A DNA stretch of 32,537 nucleotides from assembly GCA_964358845.1 (NCBI GenBank), contig CAYHQC010000002.1:1-32537 (forward strand), given 5' to 3'. This stretch comes from an uncultured Gammaproteobacteria bacterium (GTDB lineage: Bacteria; Patescibacteriota; Microgenomatia; UBA10105; UBA927). Positions 1 through 8,883 of the stretch are shown here, piece after piece; position 1 is the first letter of the stretch; every line of letters starts with the position of its first letter. The translations under genes and the position numbers were made by a program. The notes under the pieces are model-generated. The model did no database searches, was not told the origin of the DNA, and worked only from the letters and a program-made list of their open reading frames with translations.

Positions 1-1864
1 CTGCGCCCTCGCCGTTTAGTAACGAAAGCGGCACTGACATATCTTCAACTGCACGTGAAATTACAATCGTTTTTTTCGGAACGTAAATCCGAGGGGTAAC
101 ACGCTCAATAGGCAATTCATAAATATGAAATCGGTTATCAAATGAAGTTAAGCGTCGTAAAGAAAGCGACTCAACAAACTGTGCATACTCTTTCTGACGT
201 TTGGGAAAATATTTTCTGACATCATTATACGGAAACACAGGAAAAGCATCATACACCTTCGGGTCACTAGTATAAAACACATACCTGATATTTAAGATAC
301 CCAATATACGCTTCACCTCATCTATGTTTCCATCCCGTACACTTTCAAGAAAAAGTTCACGATATCTTCCAAACTCGCCAGTCCCCGAAAAATCCTGTTT
401 TCCCCCCAAATACGAAATCATCGACGGCCCTTGGTATGCTCCAGTATCTTTCCCTGCTACAATCTGATAGCCAAAATCAGTAATTGGGAGCGTCAATACT
501 TTTCCGTCTGTGGGCAATTGTCGAATATATAAAAGAGCCTTTATAAAAACTGGGTCCATATTCATAGCTATCCGAATATTGTCAGAATCCCATAAAAATG
601 GATTTGTTAAAGATCCGTTGATAAACGGCCACGCGTTGACGAGAAACAAAAAAACAAAAACTAAAAGCCACATCTTCGCTTTCTTATACACCTCTAATAC
701 GGCAGGAAGCGCTAATCCAAAAATCATCGCATAATAAAATAAGTATGCACCCGCCCACTGTCCATAGAAATTACGGAAGATAGAAAATCCGGGGAGTATA
801 AATAATTTTTTATATACCGACAGACCAAGATCAGTGATATTCCCTGTGGCAAAAAAGAAAATCACAATAAATAATGCCCCGATCAACAGGAACGTTTTCT
901 TAAATCGTTGTTCCTCTTTTCCGCTTCGCAACAACCCTAATATAACCGTCAATGGAAGCATTATCATGAATATAAGGAGTTTAGAAACTTCCATCATCTG
1001 TGGAAGTAATAGCACATTAATCGATGTTTTTATACTCGGCGCAATGGAGGAAAAGTATCCAAGTCCGCGATCAAACTTGCCCGAGGAAGAAAACACAGCA
1101 GTATACAAAACGCTTCCGGGAGTCACCATGCTCGCAATTTGCGGCACTATATGAAATGCTTGAAGAAACATAAACACAATAAATGCCGCACCAAGCTGCC
1201 TCCAATGAACAGCTTGATTCAATATCCATCGTTTATACACCAGTAACAACACAAGAGAAATTGGATAAAATGCAAAGAAAACCGGCGCAGCTGCAAAGCT
1301 AAAATTGGCAGAAAATACAAAAGTCACCAAAAGTGCCCAAAAAAGATAATAAAACCGATCAGTCACCACGTATCGCAACATCAAATAAAACATGACAGGA
1401 TTAAGGAATACATGGTTATGGGTTATAAGTACCTTATCCCAACCAAATATTGAAATAGGCGAGAAAACATAAAGCAACCCACCTGCCAATGCTGATAATT
1501 CTTTTAATCGTTCGCTTTTCATGGAAGTATGCAAAAGCTGAACAATCGATAAATATACAAACAAAAAACTCGCGGCTAAACTAAAACCATGAAATGCACT
1601 TATAAGCACCGTCGATGAGACAAGTATTCGCTTTGCTACCGCCAATAGGGCCACAAATGGTATGGTCATAAAACCGATATTCTCCGAGCCTAACCCCGAG
1701 GGTGAAACAACAAACAAAGAGTAATTAATAAGATATCGGAGCGGATCATAAAAATACAATCGGCTAGAGTCGCCCCCTAAATCCATAAATCCAGGTTTGA
1801 GCCAAAAAAAAGGAATAATAAAAAGAAGAATAGAAATAACTGAAGGAAAAAACTTTCTCTTCAT
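1..1864 (-). CDS. GT-C fold polytopic membrane glycosyltransferase (AftD/YfhO-like), 3'-truncated by the window edge; paralogue of 2550..4985
   Basis: Absent from the ORF track because there is no stop inside the window. My own reverse-complement translation from ATG 1864-1862 is open for 621 codons down to base 1 (MKRKFFPSVISILLFIIPFFWLKPGFMDLGGDSSRLYFYDP...). It is colinear with the neighbouring 811-aa protein: DLGGDxSRLYxY, FLNPxMFYLMLR, PGFSxFRNFxGQW, LTLPxTDxG, LNIRY, IYEL. The ATG overlaps the stop of 1861..2208 (ATGA). Confidence 0.78.
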   Translation of the reverse strand, partial: MKRKFFPSVISILLFIIPFFWLKPGFMDLGGDSSRLYFYDPLRYLINYSLFVVSPSGLGSENIGFMTIPFVALLAVAKRILVSSTVLISAFHGFSLAASFLFVYLSIVQLLHTSMKSERLKELSALAGGLLYVFSPISIFGWDKVLITHNHVFLNPVMFYLMLRYVVTDRFYYLFWALLVTFVFSANFSFAAAPVFFAFYPISLVLLLVYKRWILNQAVHWRQLGAAFIVFMFLQAFHIVPQIASMVTPGSVLYTAVFSSSGKFDRGLGYFSSIAPSIKTSINVLLLPQMMEVSKLLIFMIMLPLTVILGLLRSGKEEQRFKKTFLLIGALFIVIFFFATGNITDLGLSVYKKLFILPGFSIFRNFYGQWAGAYLFYYAMIFGLALPAVLEVYKKAKMWLLVFVFLFLVNAWPFINGSLTNPFLWDSDNIRIAMNMDPVFIKALLYIRQLPTDGKVLTLPITDFGYQIVAGKDTGAYQGPSMISYLGGKQDFSGTGEFGRYRELFLESVRDGNIDEVKRILGILNIRYVFYTSDPKVYDAFPVFPYNDVRKYFPKRQKEYAQFVESLSLRRLTSFDNRFHIYELPIERVTPRIYVPKKTIVISRAVEDMSVPLSLLNGEGA

Positions 1865-2208
1865 GTGGAAATCTCCCGCCACTGCATAAATATTCCGAGA
1901 GCGAAAAATAATACAAACCAAACAGCCAAACGCTCAGTAGTCGCTACTGCGCCGCTGATTAGATATCCTAAAACCATTCCAGTCAACAAAATAATACACA
2001 ATTGAAACACTCGCACACTCGTAAGCTTTCCTATACGAAAAAAATACCAATATAAAAATAGTGCACCAAACAATCGCACATCTGAAGAAATCGGAAAAGC
2101 AAATACTTCAGCTATAACGAGTATAGAGACAAATGCCAAAAAAGTCAGTGGATTTCCATGAATCCACTTCGCTACATTCTTCATCATTTTTTGAATATCT
2201 TTTTTCAT
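1861..2208 (-). CDS. small 4-TM membrane protein (115 aa), unknown function; paralogue of 2221..2553
   Basis: The ORF has four hydrophobic segments. It shares SDVRxxGxLFLY and ExxAVW motifs with the adjacent miniprotein. ATGA overlap with the downstream GT-C gene. Confidence 0.6.
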   Translation of the reverse strand: MKKDIQKMMKNVAKWIHGNPLTFLAFVSILVIAEVFAFPISSDVRLFGALFLYWYFFRIGKLTSVRVFQLCIILLTGMVLGYLISGAVATTERLAVWFVLFFALGIFMQWREIST

Positions 2209-2220
2209 GTGACTTTAAAA

Positions 2221-2553
2221 TTACTCATTCCAAATCTGAACAACTCCGATCAACAACAAAAGAAACAGCCACACCGCCACCTTTTCAGTTTGTTCTGAAG
2301 TTCCCGTAAAGAGGTATAGAACATACATAAGAAGCAGTAATGCAAGACAACCAATAAACGTGGTCTTACTTTTTCTCTCAATGACCCATGTGTCTATTGC
2401 ATATAGAAATAGGGTGCCATACGTCCGAACATCTGACATTCTTGGAATCATAAATATATCCACCAATACCATAAATGACAATAACGAAATGACGACGTTG
2501 TTGTTTGCTATTAAATACTTTCGCGCTTGAGGCACATAACGTTGTGTAATCAT
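2221..2553 (-). CDS. small 4-TM membrane protein (about 110 aa), unknown function
   Basis: The ORF 2221..2574 is trimmed to the ATG at 2553, which forms an ATGA overlap with the stop of the upstream GT-C gene (2550). Four hydrophobic segments. Paralogous to 1861..2208. Confidence 0.6.
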   Translation of the reverse strand: MITQRYVPQARKYLIANNNVVISLLSFMVLVDIFMIPRMSDVRTYGTLFLYAIDTWVIERKSKTTFIGCLALLLLMYVLYLFTGTSEQTEKVAVWLFLLLLIGVVQIWNE

Positions 2554-4985
2554 ATATCTTTTCTCAACAACCAATTTCTTATTATACTATATAGAATACC
2601 GACAGTTAGAAATAACATACAGACAAACGAAATCGCAAGTCCTATGATAAAATATTTTTGATCCCGCATCTCCAATGTGATAGTAATGGCATCGCGACCA
2701 TCTATGTCCTTATCGGTTATGTACCATCCATTCGCATAGCCATTCACCAGAATATGTCGAGATGAAGCGACCGCTTTGAGTCCACGTGTCGAAAAAAAAT
2801 GGGTATCAAATAGTGTATCGGTCGCATAAGAAGCACTTTTTTCCTTCACGTCACCTTCAAGATATAATTGGTCATACGGACCGCTACCATCCTGAGTCTG
2901 ATCTGAAATATACGCCGTCCATGCTTTATCGTACCCTTGAAGAAACGCTAACAAAAACGGACCCGTGATGCCTGAAACGCCGATTCTGTAACGTGTTGGA
3001 TTGATTCGGATAATCGTAATTTTCGGGATGGTTTTCTGCAATACGTGTACATTTGTCTCACATAAACGTTGATCAAGTACACCGCAATCTTTTTGATCAG
3101 CGTATACCTGTCGCAGCTGTACTGACGTATCGTTTATAAAAAACGATGCCGTCTGTCCGTACCAATCGTTTATGGAATTCTGATAAAACACAACGGACGT
3201 CGGAACGTATACGATGGGAAGAAAATCAGAAAGCTCGTATATGTCATAGCTTTTCAGAGAAAAAATCTTCTTCGCGCCTAGTTTCTGTACCATTTCCGTC
3301 ATGCCCGCTTGTGTGTCCGGAAGTGAAAGTCGCGCATAGGTATAAGGAAACTGAGGAAATATGTTGTCATAGATATTGTGCGCACTATTGTGATAAATGT
3401 ATCGTATATTGAGAAGCCTAAATAAACGTCGAAGCGATGCATAATTCTTCTCTCGCGAGAGTCTAAAGAAAATTTCTGGAAACGGTGCAATCATTTGGTA
3501 TCCTGAAAAATCCGGTTTTCCTGCAAGATAAGAAATCGTTGATGGACCGACATAGGCTGCATTATTGAGTCCGTGAACCACTTGAGCTCCCCAGTCCGTA
3601 AATGGAAGCGTGAGAATTTTTCCGTCCGACGGTAATGCATGTATGTAATCTAATACCCTTAGATACGCAGGATCCATAATGATGGCTGTACGAACACCCT
3701 TTGATCCCCAGCGAACCGGATTAGCCAAATTTCCAGAAATAAACGGCGCGGCGTTAACTATAACGCCCAAGAGAACAATTGAAATGAAATACATCCCATA
3801 ATATTTCTTCGTACGGAGCATGAGTTGTTCTGCGGCAAGTCCTAGAAAAAGTGCAGCAAAAAAATTATATACGAATTGCCATTGTCCGATAAAGTTTCTA
3901 AACATGGAAAAGCCTGGAATATAGAATAGTCGTTTATAAAACTCCACGCCTATATGGGTGATGTTGGCCGTAACCAAAAAAAATGTAAGAACGAAAAATG
4001 ACATCACCAGGGGTAAATCTGTATGCTTTGTTTTTCTCAGGCACACCCCCAAAATCATTGTAAGCGGGACTAAAATCACAAGAGGCGCAAAAAATGAGAT
4101 TGTCGACGGGAAAAGAAAATTAAGGCTTGCCTTTGAAAGAGAAAGAACTGCTATAAAGTACTGAACGCCTTCTTGAACAATGGTCTGCCGGTCAAAGAAT
4201 CGAACATTTGTATAACTTCCCGATGTTAACAAGCTTTTTGCTTCGGGTAATAAATGAAACAAGTGTAATCCTAAAAACAAAACGAGGCCAAAGCCTATCT
4301 TTTTGTACGGGATTTTGGATTTTAGGACGATTACTGCGTACAGCATAAGAAAAACTATCGCAATTGGATAAAAAGCAAACATTGGAGGCGCGCTAAACCA
4401 CGAAAAGTTACCCGAGAATAATAAAGTGACGCAAAGTGCAACAGCGACAAATACCCATTTCTTACTCTGAATGAAACGCAGCATCAAGTAGAACATGAGT
4501 GGATTAAGAAAAACCTGATCGTGTGATAGTAAGGAGTTATTCATATTGCCGATGACTGATGGAGAAAAGATATAAAAGATTCCGGCAAGAAGAGCAGATA
4601 ACTCTGCTATGAGATGGTGCGCACGTTTTCCAACAAAGTTTCTCACAATGGCGTACATTGCAAGGAAACCTACCGCAAGCTTTAAACCGCTAAATACGTG
4701 GATGAGCAAGTATGGTGATCGAAGAATCTGATTAATTCCCGCGAGAAACAAAAGATACGGTAGATAATATTGATTAGGGGTCACCCGACCAATCCCCTCA
4801 GGGACGATGCTGTACAGCCCAAAAATCTGCAGATACCGCCACGGCGCATACAAATACAGCCTGCTGAAATCACCACCAAGATCAATTTCACCATGCCGAT
4901 ACCAAACGAATGGCAAAACAAAAAGTGCTATCGCAAATAAGATCGGAACAAATCTAACTAATGAACTGAGCTTTATTCTACTCAT
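2550..4985 (-). CDS. GT-C fold polytopic membrane glycosyltransferase (AftD/YfhO-like), about 811 aa
   Basis: Long ORF 2550..5054. I prefer the start at ATG 4985 (MSRIKLSS...), because the first 23 codons overlap the upstream gene. The N-terminal half (about 440 aa) has many TM helices with an acidic first-loop motif (GEIDLGGDFSRLYLYAP). A soluble domain of about 350 aa follows, then one C-terminal TM. Confidence 0.8.
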   Translation of the reverse strand: MSRIKLSSLVRFVPILFAIALFVLPFVWYRHGEIDLGGDFSRLYLYAPWRYLQIFGLYSIVPEGIGRVTPNQYYLPYLLFLAGINQILRSPYLLIHVFSGLKLAVGFLAMYAIVRNFVGKRAHHLIAELSALLAGIFYIFSPSVIGNMNNSLLSHDQVFLNPLMFYLMLRFIQSKKWVFVAVALCVTLLFSGNFSWFSAPPMFAFYPIAIVFLMLYAVIVLKSKIPYKKIGFGLVLFLGLHLFHLLPEAKSLLTSGSYTNVRFFDRQTIVQEGVQYFIAVLSLSKASLNFLFPSTISFFAPLVILVPLTMILGVCLRKTKHTDLPLVMSFFVLTFFLVTANITHIGVEFYKRLFYIPGFSMFRNFIGQWQFVYNFFAALFLGLAAEQLMLRTKKYYGMYFISIVLLGVIVNAAPFISGNLANPVRWGSKGVRTAIIMDPAYLRVLDYIHALPSDGKILTLPFTDWGAQVVHGLNNAAYVGPSTISYLAGKPDFSGYQMIAPFPEIFFRLSREKNYASLRRLFRLLNIRYIYHNSAHNIYDNIFPQFPYTYARLSLPDTQAGMTEMVQKLGAKKIFSLKSYDIYELSDFLPIVYVPTSVVFYQNSINDWYGQTASFFINDTSVQLRQVYADQKDCGVLDQRLCETNVHVLQKTIPKITIIRINPTRYRIGVSGITGPFLLAFLQGYDKAWTAYISDQTQDGSGPYDQLYLEGDVKEKSASYATDTLFDTHFFSTRGLKAVASSRHILVNGYANGWYITDKDIDGRDAITITLEMRDQKYFIIGLAISFVCMLFLTVGILYSIIRNWLLRKDI

Positions 4986-5499
4986 TGGCTTTAATCCTCT
5001 CGCTTCGTTCCCCCTCAAGCATATCTTGATTTTTTCTCGAAAAATATAACACATCCTCGTAGGTTTTTTTGTCCTGTGGTGCAGCTTTGGCGACCAAATT
5101 GATAATCAACGTCTGATGTGCCACATGCGCTTGGCTTATTCGCACTGACAATGATTCTGGAATACGGTACCCGGATGCAGACGCGTGAAAATAATCAGAT
5201 ACCAGCTTACTCATATAATTCTCTCCTTTAAGAATTGTCTCTTTCGCCAGTCTTGTTTCCCCTTTTGTATTCAGAAGCTCTGCTGCATAGAGCATTTTAT
5301 CCGCAGTCAGGAGGTCGTACTCCACCCTCCGAACTGGGCTATAAATAAGCTTCTCGATAATCTTATTTCGTAAAACTTTGATTTTATAAAGAGGGTGATC
5401 CGGTAATATGCCTGGCCACGGATACCTGTATTGAGCATTGACACTCGGTGGAATCAGAAACGAACATATCAAAAGAAACAATACAGCTACATATTTCAT
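4978..5499 (-). CDS. secreted protein, DUF5667-like
   Basis: Signal peptide MKYVAVLFLLICSFLIPPSVNA/Q, followed by PGILPDHPLYKIKVLRNK and a helical region typical of DUF5667-type proteins. ATGA overlap with the upstream ORF. Confidence 0.6.
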   Translation of the reverse strand: MKYVAVLFLLICSFLIPPSVNAQYRYPWPGILPDHPLYKIKVLRNKIIEKLIYSPVRRVEYDLLTADKMLYAAELLNTKGETRLAKETILKGENYMSKLVSDYFHASASGYRIPESLSVRISQAHVAHQTLIINLVAKAAPQDKKTYEDVLYFSRKNQDMLEGERSERIKANE

Positions 5500-5786
5500 G
5501 TTTCGTCCTCCGGAAGTAAAATCTCATCAGTAATCTTTTTTACTATACGTGTATATTGCTTTTTAGCTCGTACATATACAGTTTGAAACCGATGATATCG
5601 TGCCTTCAGTTTCGGAGGTTTTGACGAAATGATATAGCGCACAAACATTATAATGTCACTCATGCGTCGCACTAACCAATACAACAACATAATTATGAAT
5701 ACTGGCGATGCAACAAAAAAAACATTCGGTTTATAAATAAGGGCAGAGTCATAGTAATCTGTAAGCTGCAATAAAGGATTAAACAT
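5496..5786 (-). CDS. hypothetical single-pass membrane protein (96 aa) with a basic C-terminus
   Basis: ORF with one hydrophobic helix (VFFVASPVFIIMLLYWLV). It overlaps both neighbours (8 nt upstream, ATGA downstream), which supports translation. Confidence 0.45.
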   Translation of the reverse strand: MFNPLLQLTDYYDSALIYKPNVFFVASPVFIIMLLYWLVRRMSDIIMFVRYIISSKPPKLKARYHRFQTVYVRAKKQYTRIVKKITDEILLPEDET

Positions 5787-6648
5787 GATGTTTTAAAACA
5801 ATGTTGATTGTATCAGGAGAGACATGTGTATATTCTGTTATTTTCAGTCCGTCACTTGTGAGCAAAAACGGTGCATAACCCAAGGATTTTAAATACACAA
5901 AAAGTTTATCTCTTCTTCTTAGCTGCTTCTGATCTTTACAATATACTTCTGCTAAAATTATTGGCTTATGTCGAAGCAGGATTTTCTTTGCCCCTAACAA
6001 AACTTCTAGCTCTGCTCCCTCAACATCAACTTTTATGCATCGGATACTCTTTATGGTTTTCTGCTTTTTCAAAAAATCATCGAGTCGAAGAGTTTTTACT
6101 GTGATGCTTTTCACTTTCTTTTTTGTTATGTGTTGTGCTTGATCTTTTATCAGTGATCCTCCCATATCATCCCCCACCCACAAGCGTGATGTGCCACTCT
6201 TATTGGAAAGTGCATCCTGGATGATCTGAATATTATCAAATCCGTTCATTTTGACATTACGATTCAATACATCTGCACATACTGGGTTGGGCTCAAATGA
6301 CAGAACAGATCCCTCGCTTCCTACGCATTGGCTAGCAACAAGGCTATACCAACCAGCATGCGCGCCTGCGTCTATCATGGTATCACCAACACGAAGGACA
6401 CTGACAATAACTGCTGTCTCTTGAGGGTTTGTTTCACCCAAAAACATATATCCGCTCATCCAGTATTCATAAGGGGAAACTTCCATAGCGAATCCATATT
6501 TAGAACGAAAACAAATAGGATCTTTGCTCAGTCGTATGAATATTTTCATCAAGGTCTGACCCACAGGACCCATGAGAATAAAAAATACCCAATCTGGTCC
6601 AACTATCTTATACAAAAAACCTAACGTACTTCGCAATATTTTACTCAT
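5779..6648 (-). CDS. FkbM-family SAM-dependent methyltransferase
   Basis: Motifs MIDAGAHAGWYS, SFEPNP and IKVDVEGAELEVLLGA are typical of the FkbM family. Confidence 0.85.
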   Translation of the reverse strand: MSKILRSTLGFLYKIVGPDWVFFILMGPVGQTLMKIFIRLSKDPICFRSKYGFAMEVSPYEYWMSGYMFLGETNPQETAVIVSVLRVGDTMIDAGAHAGWYSLVASQCVGSEGSVLSFEPNPVCADVLNRNVKMNGFDNIQIIQDALSNKSGTSRLWVGDDMGGSLIKDQAQHITKKKVKSITVKTLRLDDFLKKQKTIKSIRCIKVDVEGAELEVLLGAKKILLRHKPIILAEVYCKDQKQLRRRDKLFVYLKSLGYAPFLLTSDGLKITEYTHVSPDTINIVLKHHV

Positions 6649-6655
6649 AGATACT

Positions 6656-7960
6656 TTAATACTGGGATATAAACTCGCTTATTACGGTGACCATATAGGA
6701 GAGCATATCAGAAGTGATTCCTGGGTATACACCGATCCAAAAACCATCTTCCATAATCTTATTTGAGTTCGTTAGCGGGCCAACCACTCTCACGTCTTTT
6801 CTATGAATATATGCAGGATGCTTTAATAAATTGCCAGCAAATAGATTTCGCGTCCCTATCTTATGATCCTCGAGCCACTCTACAAGCTCCAACCTAGTAA
6901 ATGGCGACCCATCGCGTATGACAATCGGAAACCCAAACCAACAGGGATCAGCTCCCTTTTCTACATCCATAAACAAAAAATATTTGTCATATTTAATAAG
7001 TCCTTTTAATAATGCTTGATAATTAGCCTTTCTCGCTCGTATAAATTTTGGCAGCTTATCAAGCTGAGCCAATCCAATTGCCGCCTGCATATCAGTAAGT
7101 TTTAGATTATATCCAATTTGCGAATAGATATATTTATGATCGTACCCGTACGGTAAGTCTCCCAATTGCCATTTGAAACGTTTGCCACAGGTATTATCTT
7201 TGCCTGTGTCGCACCAACAATCTCTTCCCCAATCTCGAAACTGCCGGATCGCTTTATGGATAAAGGGATTACTGGTCACTACTGCCCCACCTTCACCCAT
7301 CGTAATTTGGTGAGCCGGATAAAAAGAAAACGTGGCGACATGTCCAAAAGTCGAAACTAACTTTCCATTGTATGTAGATCCTAACGCGTCACAACAATCT
7401 TCTATAAACCATAACTTATGTTTGGTAACAAGCTCCATAATCCCGCTCAGCGGGATGGGATTACCAAGTGTGTGTGCCATCATGATGGCTTTTGTTTTAG
7501 GAGTTATCGCTTCTTGTATCGCCTGCACAGTCGCATTCTTTGTCCCTAAATTGTTATCAATAAATACTGGTATAAGACCATTTTGTATAATTGGATTCAC
7601 AGTAGTAGGAAAACCTGTGGCGACGGTAATCACCTCATCGCCCGCCTTCAGCGCCCGTTCACCAAATACACTACTCGTGAGGGCAGAAAGTGCTACAAGA
7701 TTAGCAGATGATCCGGAATTGACTAAGCTTACATATTTCACACCTAGGTAGTCGCGAAATTTTCTTTCAAAACTTTCAGCAAATCGTCCCTCGGTCCACC
7801 AACCATCAAGCACCGCTTCCACACCGTTTATCATTTCTTTTTCATCAAACACTTTTCCGGAAACCGGTACGGAAGACGTGCCGGAAATAAATGATTTTTT
7901 AGGAAAACTTCTTTTAAATTTTTTTGCTATTAATGAAAATAATAATTTATCGTCTCTCAT
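6656..7960 (-). CDS. rfbH: CDP-4-keto-6-deoxy-D-glucose 3-dehydrase (E1; RfbH/DdhC/AscC-type, PMP and [2Fe-2S] dependent)
   Basis: 434 aa DegT-fold protein, near-colinear with RfbH as I recall it (SGKVxxxKE...DGWxTxGRF, ALKxGDEVITVAxGFPTTVNP, WxIEDCCDALG). His217 replaces the Schiff-base Lys (FYPAHQITMGEGG). The E1 cluster motif is exact: C190-X57-C248-X1-C250-X7-C258. Confidence 0.85.
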   Translation of the reverse strand: MRDDKLLFSLIAKKFKRSFPKKSFISGTSSVPVSGKVFDEKEMINGVEAVLDGWWTEGRFAESFERKFRDYLGVKYVSLVNSGSSANLVALSALTSSVFGERALKAGDEVITVATGFPTTVNPIIQNGLIPVFIDNNLGTKNATVQAIQEAITPKTKAIMMAHTLGNPIPLSGIMELVTKHKLWFIEDCCDALGSTYNGKLVSTFGHVATFSFYPAHQITMGEGGAVVTSNPFIHKAIRQFRDWGRDCWCDTGKDNTCGKRFKWQLGDLPYGYDHKYIYSQIGYNLKLTDMQAAIGLAQLDKLPKFIRARKANYQALLKGLIKYDKYFLFMDVEKGADPCWFGFPIVIRDGSPFTRLELVEWLEDHKIGTRNLFAGNLLKHPAYIHRKDVRVVGPLTNSNKIMEDGFWIGVYPGITSDMLSYMVTVISEFISQY

Positions 7961-8883
7961 ATATTTATATGGAATTGTTTCATAATACGTGTATAAATAT
8001 CAGAAACAGATAACCCATTGGCATGCCGCATATATTCTTGATTACCTATAACTTTCGTAAATCGATCGGGAATAGCAAATCGTATAAAATTTATCGGCTT
8101 TCCGTATTCTGCTACCACCTCAGCTACAGCGCTTCCCAAGCCTCCCACAATACCATGTTCTTCAATGGTAACAAGATGTTTTGTTCTATCCACCGCCTCA
8201 CAAATGGATGCTGCGTCAATAGGTTTTATCGTATGCATACTCAACGTTTGAACCGATATATCCTTCAACTGAAGCTCGTGGCAGACCTTCATCGTAGTGT
8301 CGAGCATAGTAGAAGTTCCGATAAGCGTTATATCTGTTCCCTCTGTCATAACGATCGCCTTCCCTATCTCAAATATTGGATCACCCTTGTGAAGAATTGG
8401 CTCTCCTGCTTTCCCTAATCGAAGGTACACTGATCCAGCATGTGTCATCATCGCATTTGTAGCTAATCGCACCTCTGTAGGATCTCCTGGCGCTATCACC
8501 ACCATTTCAGGAATCGCTCGCATAACAGCAATATCCTCTATACCATGATGTGTGTGTCCATACGGCCCATATGAAAATCCTGCACCAACACCTACAATTT
8601 TGACATTAAGTTTTTGATACGCAATATCGTTACGGATTTGCTCAAAATTTCTCATAGTAACAAAGGGAACGATCGAATATATAACAGGAATATATCCTTC
8701 CATCGCTAGTCCTGCCGCCACTCCTGTCATATTTTGCTCGGCCACACCCATATTTATATATTGCTGAGGCAATGTTTCTATAAATTCTTCAAACGCAGAG
8801 TATCCCAAATCGGCAGTAAGCAACATGATCCGTTTATCTTTGATTGCTAAAGACTGTAATGTTTTTACAAATGTATTTCTCAT
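7957..8883 (-). CDS. transketolase, C-terminal (pyrimidine-binding plus C-terminal domain) subunit
   Basis: 308 aa with GVAEQNMTGVAAGLA, GPYGHTHHGIEDIAxMR and C-terminal EEHGIVGGLGS. ATGA overlaps on both sides. Confidence 0.85.
   Translation of the reverse strand: MRNTFVKTLQSLAIKDKRIMLLTADLGYSAFEEFIETLPQQYINMGVAEQNMTGVAAGLAMEGYIPVIYSIVPFVTMRNFEQIRNDIAYQKLNVKIVGVGAGFSYGPYGHTHHGIEDIAVMRAIPEMVVIAPGDPTEVRLATNAMMTHAGSVYLRLGKAGEPILHKGDPIFEIGKAIVMTEGTDITLIGTSTMLDTTMKVCHELQLKDISVQTLSMHTIKPIDAASICEAVDRTKHLVTIEEHGIVGGLGSAVAEVVAEYGKPINFIRFAIPDRFTKVIGNQEYMRHANGLSVSDIYTRIMKQFHINI

Noticed and set aside
510-1154. Plus-strand ORFs 510..734 and 834..1154 from the track.
   Set aside because: They lie antisense to a continuous 621-codon minus-strand frame with clear paralogy to the neighbouring GT-C gene. 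Their sequences are low-complexity, with no recognisable motifs.
4986-5054. The 23-codon N-terminal extension of the 834-aa ORF (MCYIFREKIKI...).
   Set aside because: It would overlap the upstream secreted-protein gene by 77 nt. The internal ATG at 4985 gives an 8-nt overlap and a typical basic-then-hydrophobic N-terminus.
7332-8418. Long plus-strand ORFs (7332..7751, 8023..8418; likewise 16680..17048, 20147..20494, 22636..22953, 24891..25241).
   Set aside because: All sit fully inside well-supported minus-strand genes with strong family motifs. They are typical antisense shadow ORFs, with no start context or motifs of their own.
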